A DNA stretch of 64,000 nt from Mobula hypostoma (Eukaryota), in the NCBI RefSeq assembly GCF_963921235.1, contig NC_086098.1:5456001-5520000 (forward strand), written 5' to 3'. The position numbers and the translations under genes are program-made. Positions 12,675 through 24,352 of the stretch are shown here, in pieces; positions within the stretch are counted from its first letter, which is position 1, and the number at the start of each line of letters is the position of its first letter. A model generated the notes under the pieces. That model was given only the letters and a program-made list of their open reading frames with translations, was not told the origin of the DNA and ran no database searches.

Positions 12675-13459
12675 CCCGGAAAGGTGTTTACTTCTCAAGA
12701 TTTGATGCTCCTTTTGACATTCCCCCGTGCTGTTTCACCTGGGGTCTGCAGCACTGTGTGGTTCAGACTGCAGGGAGCCGTGTCTTTGCTGACCAGTAGA
12801 CCACTTGTCACACTGTAAATTTGTTGTTACTGGCAGGTGCTAACAGAAGAGGAAGAAATACTTAATTCCCCGCTGGGGTTGATTTTGCTAATGCAAAACC
12901 AATTTTGCCCTTTAATGTACACTTTTTCAGTGTTTTTCTTTCAAATAGAAACTTAAAAAAATAATTTGCTGCCTAATTAAGAAGCAGAAATATTTTGTGC
13001 TGATTAATACTTCTTTCTCCTCTTCTATAAGGAAAAAAGAATGTTATTTAAATCCTTTTGCAATGCAGTTTTAACAAAATTTGCCAAGAACAATATCATG
13101 TGCTATTTATCATAGCTACTATTTTAATAGTAGTTCCACGTTCTAGTCCTTGGAGACTAGAATTCCTTCGTAAGTTGCCAGCATAGCAGTATATATCCTC
13201 CCAGACAGGAGAGGCATTGTCATTGCTGAATGCAGACACATTAATTGCCGGCATTGAGATGATGGCTGCCAATGAGGGAGTGACTTTTACTCTGGTAATC
13301 TAGATAATGATGAGAACGCGTGGATCCTTTTTATAATGGATATATAATGCTAAAAGTTTTCATCGATTTCCTATTGGTGAGAACTGTACCACAACACATT
13401 AAATGGTGATCTGTGTAGTACATTGCAAGTTCCTTTTTCACTTCTACCGACAAAAATGG

Positions 13460-15440
13460 ATGGCACAGTAGTGTAGTGTTTAGCATGAAGCTGTTACAGT
13501 GCCAGCAGTGGTGTAGAGGTTAGCACAATGCTTTACATTAAAGGCAACCCTGGTTCAATTTCTGCTGCTGCCTGTAAAGAGTGTGAACATTCCCCCCATG
13601 ACCACATGATTTTTACCGGGTGCTCCGGTTTCCTCTCACAGTCTGAAGATTTACCAGTTGGCAGGTTAGTTGGTCATTGTAATTTGTCTCATGACTTCAT
13701 GATTAGGCTAGGATGAAATCGGGGGATTGTTGGACGGAACAGCTTGAAAGGCCAAAAGGGTCTCTTCCGCACTGTATCCCAATATATAAATAAATAAAGC
13801 ATTTGTATGTTCTCTTCGTGACCGTATGTTGTATGTTTGTATGTTCTCTTACGCACTGTATCTCAATAAATAAATATATAAAGCATTTGTATGTTCTCTT
13901 TGTGAACATACGTTGTATGTTGTATGTGTGTATGTTCTCTCCCGCGCTGTATCTCAATAAATAAATAAAGCTTTTGTATGTTCTCTTCGTGACTGTGTGG
14001 GTTTCTGCCAGGTGGTCATGTTTTCTTCCACATACCGTGGGTGCCATGGTAACGTAGTAGCTAGCATAATGCTATTACAGCTTGGGGCATCGGAGTTCAG
14101 AGTTCAACCCCGGTGTCCTCTGGAAGGAGTTTGTATATTCTCCCTGTGACCAGGCAGGTTTCCTCCAAGTGCTCTGGTTTCCTCCCACAGTCCAGAGACG
14201 TACCGGTTGGTAGATTAATTAGTCAGTGTAAATTGTCCTGCGATTAGGCTGGCGTTAAATTGGGCCGGAGTGGCCTGTTCCCCCACTGTATCTCTAAATA
14301 AATAAATTTCAGAGACGTACAGGTTCGGAGTATGAGTTGTGGGCATGCTGTGTAGGTGCTGTAATGCGTGGCAACACGTGCCGGCTGCCCGCAGAACATC
14401 CTGGGACTGTGTCCGTCAATGCATTTCATTGTATGTTTTGAGGTTTTAGTGTCCAAGTAAAGCTGATCTTTAAAAGATCTTTAATACTTAAATTAAACTG
14501 ACGATCTTCTGCTGCACCAGGGCTATGCTAAAAAGTCTTCTGAGTCAAAGCTATAAACAATAGCAGATGTGTTTGCCTCCTTAACCATTGGTAACTGGCT
14601 GACTTTCACGATGATAACTCAGGCACATATTGATGCCGCTGGAGAATATGAAAAATTAATTTAATATGGTACAGTATAAATGACAAAATGTATAAAATCT
14701 GTAATAACATAACTATGGGCTAAGGAATGACTCCAGGCTCCTGGATTCAATTCTCCAGCCAATATGATGGCTTCTGTGTTTCAGATTCAACTCATCTCAT
14801 TTTAAAAATGGGTTTAAATAATAGAGATGGATTTGAACTTAAATATCAGATCAAGCAAACTCGTGCAAAATAACTCATGGGGCAGTGTAGCAGTTAGCAC
14901 TTTGCTTTAGAGCCGGCAATCACTGACTAGGGTTCAATTCCCACTGCTGCCTGCAAAGGGTTTGTATGATCTTCCTGGGACTGTGTTGGTTTCCCCTCAC
15001 ACACTGGAGATGTATGGTTGGGGTTAGTGAGTTGTGGGTATTTTCTGTTGGAGCCGGATGCAATGTGAAACTCCCCAGTGCAATCCTCGCTGATTTGATT
15101 TGATTCAAACGATGTTTGTTTGTTTGCTTATTCATTTATTTACTGAGATGCAGTGAGCAGTAGGCCCTTCCCGCCCTTTGCTCCGCCAGCAGCCCCCAGT
15201 TTCATCCTAGCCTAATCATGGGACAATCTACAATGACCAATTAACCTACCAACCGGTACGTGTTTGGACTGTGGGAGGAAAGCTGAGCACCTGGAGGAAA
15301 CCCACACAGTCACGGGGAGAACTTACAAACTCCTTCCAGGCAGCAGTGGGATTTGAACTCCAGCCACCTGTACTGCAAAGCATTGCGCTAACCACTCGGC
15401 GACTGCGTTTCAACATACATTTGGTAAATAAAGCTAATCT
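13460..15440. mobile_element. Cluster of nested V-SINEs (about five copies) with a unique gap at ~14470-14875
   Basis: Copies at ~13460-13800 (+); 14040-14310 (+, inside another copy at 13970-14470); 14878-15440 (+), interrupted by 15125-15400 (-). Pol III A/B boxes and the GGTTTCCTCCCACAGTCC core are present. Confidence 0.85.
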
Positions 15441-15954
15441 TATGTTTAAAAGGGTACTAATGACGTAATTCGTAGATATACCATGGAGACCATTCTAACT
15501 GACTGCGTCACTGCAACAGGCACAAAATGCTGGAGGAACTCAGCAGGCCAGGCAGCACCTATGGAAAAAAATACAGTCCACGTTTTGGGCTGACACCCTA
15601 CAACAGGACTGGAGAAAAAAGAGGTTGCGATGTGAAGCTGTCCTGTAGCCTGTTGGTCCTGGCTTTAATGCTGTGGTAGTGCTTGCCAGACAGAAGCAGC
15701 TAATTCAGTTTATGGTTGGGGTGCCTGGCGTTCCTGATGATCTTCCAGGCCTTCTTTCTGCACCTGCTTCACATCCACAGATGCACGGGGCTGTCTGTAC
15801 CACTCTCTGCAGTGCCCAGTGAACAAGATTGGCAGTGATACAGCTAGTCAGGATGCTCTCAGTGGTGCCCCCTCCTGAGGATTTAGGGGCCCATGCTGAA
15901 CTTCTTCAGTCGCATGAGGTGGAAGAGAGTCTATCATGCTTTTTTTGCCACAAG

Positions 15955-16770
15955 TTTGAGAAATCGATGTTCACGCCATCAGGTTGGAGGCTACCCAGAT
16001 GGAATATAAGGTGCGGTTCCTCCAACCTGAGTGTGAGATTTTGCTTTGTCTGGCAGATGGAACGTAGGTGCTCAGCAAAGCTGTCTCTCAAGCTACGTCG
16101 GGTCTCTCTGAAATACAGGAGGCTACACTGGGAGCACCGGATACAGTAATATGACCCCTCCCCCAGCAGACTCACAGATGAAGTGAAGTGGAAGGACTGT
16201 TTGGGGCCCTGAATGGTAGTGAGGGAGGAGGTGTAGTACAGGTGTAGCACTTGTTCCACTTGCAAGGGTAAGTGCCAGGAGAGAGATTAGTGGGGAGGCA
16301 CGAATGGACAAGGGAGTTAGCAGGGAGCAATCCCTGCGGAAAACGGGGGTGAGGGAAAGATGTGCTTGTTGGTGGGATCCTATCGGAGACGGCGGAAGTT
16401 CCAGAGAATTATTAGATTATGAGGACACGCAGTCCTCTTTTACTGTCATTTAGTAATGCATGCATTAAGAAATGATACAATGTTCCTCCAGTATGATATC
16501 ACAGAAACACAAGACAGATCAAGACTAGAAAACCGGCAAAAACCACATATTATAACATATAGTTACAACAGTGCAAAGCAATACCGTCATTTGATAAAGA
16601 CCGGACCATGGGCACGGTAAAAACAAGTCTCAAGTTCCGATAGCCCCATCATCTCACGCAGTTGGTAGAAGGAAGAAAACTCTCCCTGAATTATGTGCTG
16701 GACGTTAAGCCTGGTGAGGTGGTAGGTGAGGACAAGAGGAACCCTATCCCTAGCAGGTTGAAGGGAGGAT
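15955..16770 (-). mobile_element. Penelope-like element GIY-YIG fragment, interrupted at 16413-16688
   Basis: ORF 15906-16265 TTIQGPKQSF..YCIRCSQCSLLYFRETRRSLRDSFAEHLRSI..LGSLQPDGVNIDFS; upstream RDRVPLVLTYH at ~16720-16750. Confidence 0.85.
16413..16688 (-). mobile_element. 5'-truncated copy of a short Rex-type non-autonomous retroposon
   Basis: Homologous to the 3' part of 33131-33825; flanked by the duplication GAATTAT (16406-16412 / 16689-16695). Confidence 0.75.
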
Positions 16771-17156
16771 CTTCCATTGGTCACCCTATGTACTAACTGT
16801 AATTCAGAGGTTTTTATGTATTGCATTGAACTGCAGCCTCAAGGTGAACAAATTTCATAACATAATGCCAGTGGCATTAAATTGGTTCTGATTTGTTCTA
16901 CCCTACCACTCATCCACTCATTCTCTGTGTCACTTTCAGTTACTGCTTTGAATTATCTGTTAATCTTTCTTTTCCTAGTTCTTCTTCCTAATTTTTCTCT
17001 CTCTCTAATTGCTAAGTGAAATATATGAAATATCATTAATAATAAAATAATGAATAATAATAATGTATGCTTCATTGTCATATGTCCAATAAACTGGAAT
17101 ATTGAATCTCCAAGTGCTCTCTCTTTGACCATTTCTCTCTCGTTCTCTCCTTCTAG

Positions 17157-17231
17157 GTCGTGGTGGAATGGATGAATGCTGAATCCGGCGAGAGCACATT
17201 GACTCAGTACAACGCTCTCTCTTGGGTGACG
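17157..17231 (+). CDS. Internal coding exon (75 nt, phase 0/0), VVVEWMNAESGESTLTQYNALSWVT; host gene not identified
   Basis: Branch-point-like TTTGAC, a 25-nt pyrimidine tract ending CTAG, and donor ACG|GTAGGT. Length is a multiple of 3, only frame 0 is open, CpGs are retained, and it sits in non-repeat sequence. Confidence 0.75.
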
Positions 17232-17539
17232 GTAGGTCTGACTGTTTCCGTGATTGCACTCAGCCAGGAGTTTTGTGAGCGTTCCAAAATAAATCCAAGT
17301 TGGGGCTTGAAATGACAAGAGGTGAAGGTTCATGGGTGAGGAGTTCACCCTGGGGGACGATACTTTAGCCTCTCAACCATAATATTCATGTGGCTTCACG
17401 TCAGTAATAACTTCTAAATTATAGTTGATTAGGACTGGAATTTGGCACAGGATCTGTTTTGTCTGCAATTGCTACAGATGACAGGAATCAGAAGAGAGCC
17501 AGCAACGGCTGCAAACATTCGGCATGTGAATGTGAACAC

Positions 17540-18060
17540 AGCTACAGAATGGGAAACATAACCAAAACGTGATCATTGACTACTGAGGGAGGAAATCAGA
17601 AGTCCACGTCCCAGTCCTCATTAGGGGATTGAAGGTCCTTGGAATTATATCAAAGCATTTTGTCCTTGGATCAGCACGTAAGAGCTATTACAAAGAAGAC
17701 ATGGCAGCACTTTGAGTTTCTTAGAGAATTGAGAAGATTCAGCAAGTCATCTAAAACTCGGACAAACTTCTGTAGGTGCTGGTGGAGAATATACTGAGTG
17801 GTTGCATCACAGTCTGGCTTGGAAACACCAATGTCTAGGAATGGACAAGTCTGCAGAAAGCAGTGGATGCGGCTCAGTCCATCACAGACAAAGGCTTCCC
17901 CAACACTGAGCACAACTACAAGGAGCACTGCTACAAAAAAGCAGCACCCGTTATCAAGGATCCCTGCCATCCAGGCCATGTTTTCTTTGTCCCACTACTA
18001 TCAGGAAGGAGGTACAGAAAACTTATGTCCCGCACCACCACGTTCAGAGAAACTTATTCA
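17540..18060 (+). mobile_element. Rex1/Babar-type LINE fragment
   Basis: TNFCRCWWRI.. and CYKKAAPVIKDPCHPGHVFFVPLLSGRRYR C-terminal motifs. Confidence 0.8.
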
Positions 18061-18935
18061 TAGGAAAGGTGGATAACAGTGCTGAAGATGAGGTAGCTGG
18101 TTTACAAACAGAGGTAGTGTAGTGAGGCGAGGCTGTTGACATGGCAAAATTTCAGTCAACAGGATGAGCTGCAATGTAAAAGGTGGACGAAAACAAAAAG
18201 GCTGAATACGGTACTGAGGGTGTTGTATCTGAAAGTGCATAGTATCGATAAAAAGGTAGATTGGCAGGTATGATGTTGGAGGCATCACTGAATCATGGCT
18301 GAAAGATTATAGCTGGGAGTTTTATGTCCAAGGATGCACATTGTATCAAAACGAGGCTGGAAGGCAGAGGGGGCAGCTTTGCCATGTTGGTTAAAAAATG
18401 AAATCAAATCATTAGAAAGAGATGACAGAGAGTCATTGTGGATAGAGCTAAGGAACTACAAGGGTAAAATGCTACTGATGGGAGTTGCATACAGACACCC
18501 AATCAGTAGTAAGGATGTGGCCTACAAATTACAAGGGGAGATAGAGAATGCATGCCAAAATGGCAATGTTACAATAGTCATGGGGGACTTCAACATGCAG
18601 GTAGATTGAGAAAATCAGGTTGGTGCTGGATTCCAGGAGGAAGAATTTCTAGAGTGCCTACAAGATGACTTCTTAGCTCGTGATTCAGCCCACGAGAGGA
18701 TCAGCTATTCTGGATTGGGTGTTGTGCAATGAACCAGAATTGATTAGAGAGCTTTTTGGAGAAAGTGATCATCATATGATCAAATTCATCTTGAAATTTG
18801 AGAAGGAGAAGCTAAAGTCAGGTGCATCAATATTACAGCGGAGCAAAGAAAATTACAGAGGCATGAGAGAGCACTTGGCTAGAATTGATTGGAAAAGATC
18901 ACTGGCAATGATGACAGGAGATCGGCAATGGCTGG

Positions 18936-20134
18936 TGTAACCCTGAGGTTTGGTCCGGATGCGTTTATCTAAGGGAAGGCAGCCTACAGCCCAGCCAAAC
19001 TTGAGAAATCTTTGTTTTGTGTGGATGCTGTGTGATGTGTTGCCGGTTACAAATCTGTACCACAAAATATCAGACGGTACGCCACATGCATTTATAGCGA
19101 GAGGATTCGAGTACAGGAGCAGGGAGGTACTACTGCAGTTGTACAAGGCCTTGGTGAGACCACACCTGGAGTATTGTGTGCAGTTTTGGTCCCCTAATCT
19201 GAGGAAAGACATCTTTGCCATAGAGGGAGTACAAAGAAGGTTCACCAGATTGATTCCTGGGATGGCAGGTCTTTCATATGAAGAAAGACTGGATGAACTG
19301 GGCTTGTACTCGTTGGAATTTAGAAGATTGAGGGGGGATCTGATTGAAACGTATAAGATCCTAAAGGGATTGGACAGGCTAGATGCGGGAAGATTGTTCC
19401 CGATGTTGGGGAAGTCCAGAACGAGGGGTCACAGTTTGAGGATAGAGGGGAAGCCTTTTAGGACCGAGATTAGGAAAAACTTCTTCACACAGAGGGTGGT
19501 GAATCTGTGGAATTCTCTGCCACAGCAAACTGTTGAGGCCAGTTCATTGGCTATGTTTAAGAGGGAGTTAGATATGGCCCTTGTGGCTACAGGGGTCAGG
19601 GGGTATGGAGGGAAGGCTGGGTTCTGAGTTGGATGATCAGCCATGATCATAATAAATGGCGGTGCAGGCTCGAAGGGCCGAATGGCCTACTCCTGCACCT
19701 ATTTTCTATGTTTCTATGTTTCTATATGCAATTAAACAATTGAACTTTATAATTCTTAATCTGACTATAGGGTTAGTAAAGAAAAAAAGAAAAAGGGGCC
19801 CATTTTAATGGAACAATCTAATGTGCATGTTGGAGCTCACAATTGTCCATCCATTCATTCCCCATCGACCCCCTCCGGGTCATCGACTCCCGGACCCCTA
19901 CTCCAAGTCCACTCTATCCTGCGGTCCACCCACTCTCTCCACTCGCGTCTTCTCTCTCCGTCCCTCACCGACAAAAGACCACCAGGCCCTTCCCTCAGAC
20001 ACACAAGAAAGAAACAGCACGCCTCTCATTGGGTGGCACATATTCCAAAGCCCCCGTTACCTCTGGTCATAACCCAAACAGTGCTGCTACAGAGAAACCA
20101 TTACATTAGTAGTGATTCCTTACAGAGCGTTACA
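18936..20134. mobile_element. Solo LTR (~560 bp excluding the nested CR1)
   Basis: Termini TGTAAC...GTTACA with a 4-bp TSD CTGG (18932-18935 / 20135-20138). The host CR1 sequence resumes after it. Confidence 0.85.
19091..19725 (+). mobile_element. Young 5'-truncated CR1 copy, uninterrupted frame
   Basis: Open frame AFIARGFEYRS..LEYCVQFWSP..GYGGKAGF, (TTTCTATG)n tail, flanking duplication ATGCA. Confidence 0.92.
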
Positions 20135-20355
20135 CTGGAATTTCTGAATCAATTCGGAAGGCACAGGATATACACATCCCAAAGAGAAAGAAATATTCTA
20201 AAGGAATGATGGCTAACAAGAGAAGTCAAAGCCAAAGAGGGGGTGTATAAAATTAGTGGGAAGTTAGAGGATTGGGAAGCTTTTAAAAACCACAAAAGGC
20301 AACTAAAAAAGTAATTAAGAAGGTAAAGATGGAATACAAAAGTAAGCTAGCCAAT

Positions 20356-20914
20356 GTTGTTGTTGTTTGTCCATCGCTGACGTCGATGAGGACCTCGACA
20401 CCATTATGATGGTGTCGAGACTAGCACGTGATTTGGATTTAAGTGAGGGAGAGTTGCGCAGCGTCAGCCTCACTCTCTCTTCCCAATTCCCACCTGGATC
20501 CAGTGGCAAGACAGAGTCTAGACGGCTGGAGATGGGACTAGGCACAGTGGATGACCAGGACGTCTTCTGTGTCTTGTCCTGCTCTACACGTTCCACGACG
20601 CTTGCAGAGACCGCCTTCTTGACCGTTGGACCTTCCATTGGTCTCGTCCACTCAATCCGCTGGAGTCTGTCTTCACATGCTGGGATAGACAACTCCCTAT
20701 CTCACCGAGGGTTTGAGACCCGTCCGCTACCCTCACCTGGTTTAGCCGGCTTGTCGAAGCCGTTGCCCGGGGTGTGGCCGCTGTCGCATGCAAACAGCTA
20801 CAGGGAGCCACAGGTGAGAGCTGAGTGCCAGGTGGGGACCAAAGGTGGACTAACCGCCCTGAAAAGGACACAACATGTTCCCCCACCAGAGGTGCTACCC
20901 CTCCCTGACACCCC
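20356..20914 (-). mobile_element. RTE-type short non-autonomous retroposon (559 bp), full length, with 5' HDV-like ribozyme
   Basis: 12-bp TSD AAGCTAGCCAAT (20344-20355 / 20915-20926), (CAA)n 3' tail, no tRNA head. Second copy at 47178-47718. Confidence 0.88.
20730..20914 (-). ncRNA. HDV-like self-cleaving ribozyme (copy 1)
   Basis: P1 GGGGUGU/ACACCCC; P2 CUCACCUG/CAGGUGAG; P3 GGC/GCC; L3 UCCCUGU plus inserted hairpin; GG for P1.1; P4 CGGCUU/AAGCCG; J4/2 GCUAA (catalytic C at 20745). G1 abuts the TSD. Confidence 0.82.
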
Positions 20915-22625
20915 AAGCTAGCCAATAATACTAAAGAGGATAGCAAAAGAGGACACTAGCAATATGGTGAAGGTTCCAGGTGTCAGGGGTCATGAAGAGA
21001 GTTACCATCGAGAGAGAAGGTTCTTGAAAATAAAAAGTCTGAAGGAGGAAAAAACACTTAGACCAGATGGTGTACACTCCTGAGTTCGGAAAGAGCTGGC
21101 TGGAGAGATCTTGGAGGCATTAGTATTGATCTTTCAAAAATCACTAGATTCTGGAATAGTTCTGGAAGACTGGAAAGTTGCAAAAGTCACACCACTCTCC
21201 AAGAAGGGAGAGAGGCAGGAACAAGGAAACTATAGGTTAGTAGCTCTGACCTCAGTGGTTGGGAAGGTGTTGGATTCGATTATTATTAAGGACGAGGACT
21301 CAGGGTACTTGGAGGCACATGATAAAATAGGCCGAAGTCAGCACTGTTTCCTCAAGCAAAAATCTTGCCTGACGTATCTGTTGGAATTCTTTGAAGAAAT
21401 AACAAGCAGGATAGACAAAGGAGAATTGGTTGATGTTGTGTACTTGGATTTTCAGAAGGCCTTTGACAAGCTGCTACACATAAGGCCGCCTAACAAGTTA
21501 TGAGCCCATGGTATTACAACAAAGGTTCTAGCATGGATAAAGCAACGGCTGATTGGCAGGTGGCAAAGAGTGGGAAGGGAGCCTTTTCTGGCTGGCTGTC
21601 AGTGACTAGTGGTGTTCCACAGGGGTCTGTGTTGGGACTGATTCTTTTTACATTATATGTCAATGATTTGGATGATGAAATTGATGGTTTTATTTCAAAG
21701 TTTGCAGACAATATGAAGACAGGTGGGGCAGCAGGTAGTTTTGAGGAAGCAGAGAGGCTACAGAAGGACTTGCACAGATTAGGAGAAGAGGCAAAGAAAT
21801 GGCAGATGGAAGACAGTGTTGGGAAGTGTATGGTCATGCACTTTGTTAGAAGAAATGAAAGGGTTGACTGACTATTTTCTAGTTGGAGAGAAAATACAAA
21901 AAAAAACTGAGGTGCAAAGGGATATTGGACTCCTTGAGCTGGATTCCTTAAAGGTTAATTTGCGGGTTGAGTCTGTGGTGAGGAAGGCAAATGCAATGTT
22001 AGCATTCATTTCAAGAGGAATAGAATATAAAATCAAGGATGCAAGGTTGAAATTGAATAAAGCACTTGTGAGGCCTTACTTGGAGTATCCTGAATCTTTA
22101 TCCTTATCCTTACCTTAGAAAGGATGTGCTAAAACTGGAGAGGGTTTAAAAGAGGTTCACAACATGATTTTCCAGGATTGAATGGCGTGTCATATGAAGA
22201 GCATTGATGGTTCTGGTTCTGTATTCATTAGTATTCAGATGAATGAGGGGTGACCACATGAAGCCTATCGAATGGTGAAAGGCCTTGATAGAGTGGATGT
22301 GGAGAGGATATTTCCTGTGGTGGGAGAGTCTAAGACCAGAGGATACAGCCTCAGAATAGAGGGGCGTCCTTTTAGAATAGAGATGATGAGAAATTTCTTT
22401 AGCCAGATGAATCTATGTAATTTTTTTGCCACAGGTAGCTGTGGGGGCCAAGACTTTACACATATTTAGGGCAGAGGTTGATAGATTCTTGATTAGTCAG
22501 AACATGAAGGGATATGGGGAGAAGGCTGGAGACTGTGGAAAAGGTGAAATGGGGGAGCAGACTCGATGGGCCAAATGGCCTAATTTTGCTTCTATATCTT
22601 ATGGTCTTATGGTGTTATGGTATTG

Positions 22626-23850
22626 TAATTGATTGCATTGACGCCTGTTATGGAAAAAAAACAATGCCCAAGAAAGGAAAAGCCTACGGAAAGTAGTTGG
22701 TCCAGCCCAGTCCATCACAGGAAAAGCCCTCTCCTTCATTGATCACATTTACAAGAAGTATTGTCACAAGAAAGCATCATCCATCATCAAGGACTCCACC
22801 ATCTAGGCCATGCTCTCTTCTCACTGCTGCCATTGGGAAGGAGGTACAGGAGCCTCAGGTTCCACACCACCAGGTTCAGAAACGTTGATCACACCTCAAT
22901 ATACTGCTTTGGGAGACAAACTAATCCAGGTGGGGGCAGCCAGGTGGGCCTCATAGCCTGCTGAGATAGAAATACTCTTGTCGTAGCATGCAAAGACTGT
23001 TCCAGTGGACTGGGATTATGAGATAAACAGAGGATTCAATGGCCAGGAAGCCAGTTCTACAAAGCTTCATGGAGTGCAGAGGGTATGGCGAGACACAGAA
23101 GTCATGGCCACCCACTGCAACCAAGGAAGACCCCAGTTGTAATGACTACTTGTGTCATGGACCTGGACTTCCAAGGTCAAGAGAATGGAACTGCCCCAGT
23201 CCAATGGCTTTTCCGCTTTTAAAATAACTGTGGTGTTGAGCACCAGGAGATAACTGTTTTTCAATGAAGATAAGATACTCAGGATACAGGAATAGACTAG
23301 ATAAGATATTTTGGACTTTAATGAGGCTGGAACATTCAATATTGTTAAAATTTTCAATCGATTCTATGTTCAAGCAGAAGTGCTGGATTGATGATATTGT
23401 CATTTCCCCCTCAGCAAGAAACTACTTTGAGCCATTCAATCACTCCGTGTGATATATGTCTTCAACCATCAGGCTCCTAAACCAGCGTGGATAATTTCAC
23501 TCACTACAACTCTAAACTGATTCCACAACTACAGAATTACTTCGAAGGACAGAATAAATCAGGTTCTCAGTATTATCTATCTAATTATCTACTTACCTTT
23601 CTTTCTATCTATCTAACTATCTAATTATCTATCTATCTGTCTGTCTATCTATCTATCTATCTACCTGTCTATTATCTATCTATCTCTCTATTGGTCTACC
23701 TATTAATATATTTATCTATTAATTTATTGTTTCATTGATTGATGTATACTGCATCTATGTATTTATTTATTTGCACAATGTTTCACATTGGTTGTTTGTT
23801 AATTTTTGTTTATGTATTGTCTTTCATAAACTCTGTTTTATTTCTGCAAA
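22626..23850 (+). mobile_element. Rex-type LINE 3' fragment, interrupted at ~22887-23455; tail contains a (TCTA)n microsatellite at ~23570-23700
   Basis: HHLGHALFSLLPLGRRYRSLRFHTTRFRN, resuming at TTCAACCATCAGGCTCCTAAACC. Confidence 0.75.
22887..23225 (+). mobile_element. Diverged, 5'-truncated relative of the RTE-type ribozyme retroposon
   Basis: CACACCTC..CTAATCCAGGTGGGGGCAGCC..TGAGATAG..AGCATGCAAAGAC aligns by eye with CACACCCC..CTAAACCAGGTGAGGGTAGCC..TGAGACAG..AGCATGTGAAGAC at 47316-47423. Confidence 0.6.
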
Positions 23851-24352
23851 GATTCTGTTCAGTACTGAGGCAGTGGATACAGCCTAGGTTATGTTTGACA
23901 TGGAGATGGGTCGACACACTGTCAATGTACACTTTTCTCTAAATGAGGAGACAGTTCAAGTTCTACTCCAGCAACATACAGAAAATTCAGAGAAACAACA
24001 TTGTAAATTTAAAGAATAACTTTAATTGTCATGCACCTCAAAACATCGAAACATACAGTGAAGTGCATTGTTCTGTGTCAATAACCAAGACAGTCCAAGG
24101 ATTGTTCTGGGGTCAGCCTGCAGGTGTCAGTAATGTGACAATAATGAACTAACACTAATACCAATACCAATCATTAATCCCTAGGATATTGTACGTTCTT
24201 ATTTGGAGAAGCTTTGGTCTCCTGTTCTGTCTTCATAGTGACACTACAGTCCTCAGAACTGACAGGATTAAGTCAGCATATCTGATGCTAGTAGACGCTT
24301 AGACAAAGCCAGACCCAGCCAGGCAGACATGCTCAGTGAGACTCTGTCTGTC

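Larger units (their letters stand above)
18061..22625 (+). mobile_element. Long degenerate CR1 LINE ORF2 (APE endonuclease plus RT plus 3' UTR) hosting three younger insertions
   Basis: ESLWIELRN..MGDFN, AILDWVL..SDH (EN); NYRLVALTSVVGK, YLDFQKAFDK, PQGSVLG, KFADN (RT); 3' tail TATCTTATGGTCTTATGG. Confidence 0.92.

Noticed and set aside
13460..14120. tRNA genes
   Set aside because: The A/B-box sequences are SINE heads followed by V-domain bodies; no complete cloverleaf seen.
18950..19627. 225-aa LTR-CR1 fusion ORF
   Set aside because: Chance in-frame read-through from the solo LTR into a young truncated CR1; non-ATG start.
20367..20921. 184-aa ORF (and related ORFs at 47108-47759) as a novel gene
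   Set aside because: Antisense to a GC-rich retroposon, starts at a non-ATG codon, and is frameshifted in the second copy.
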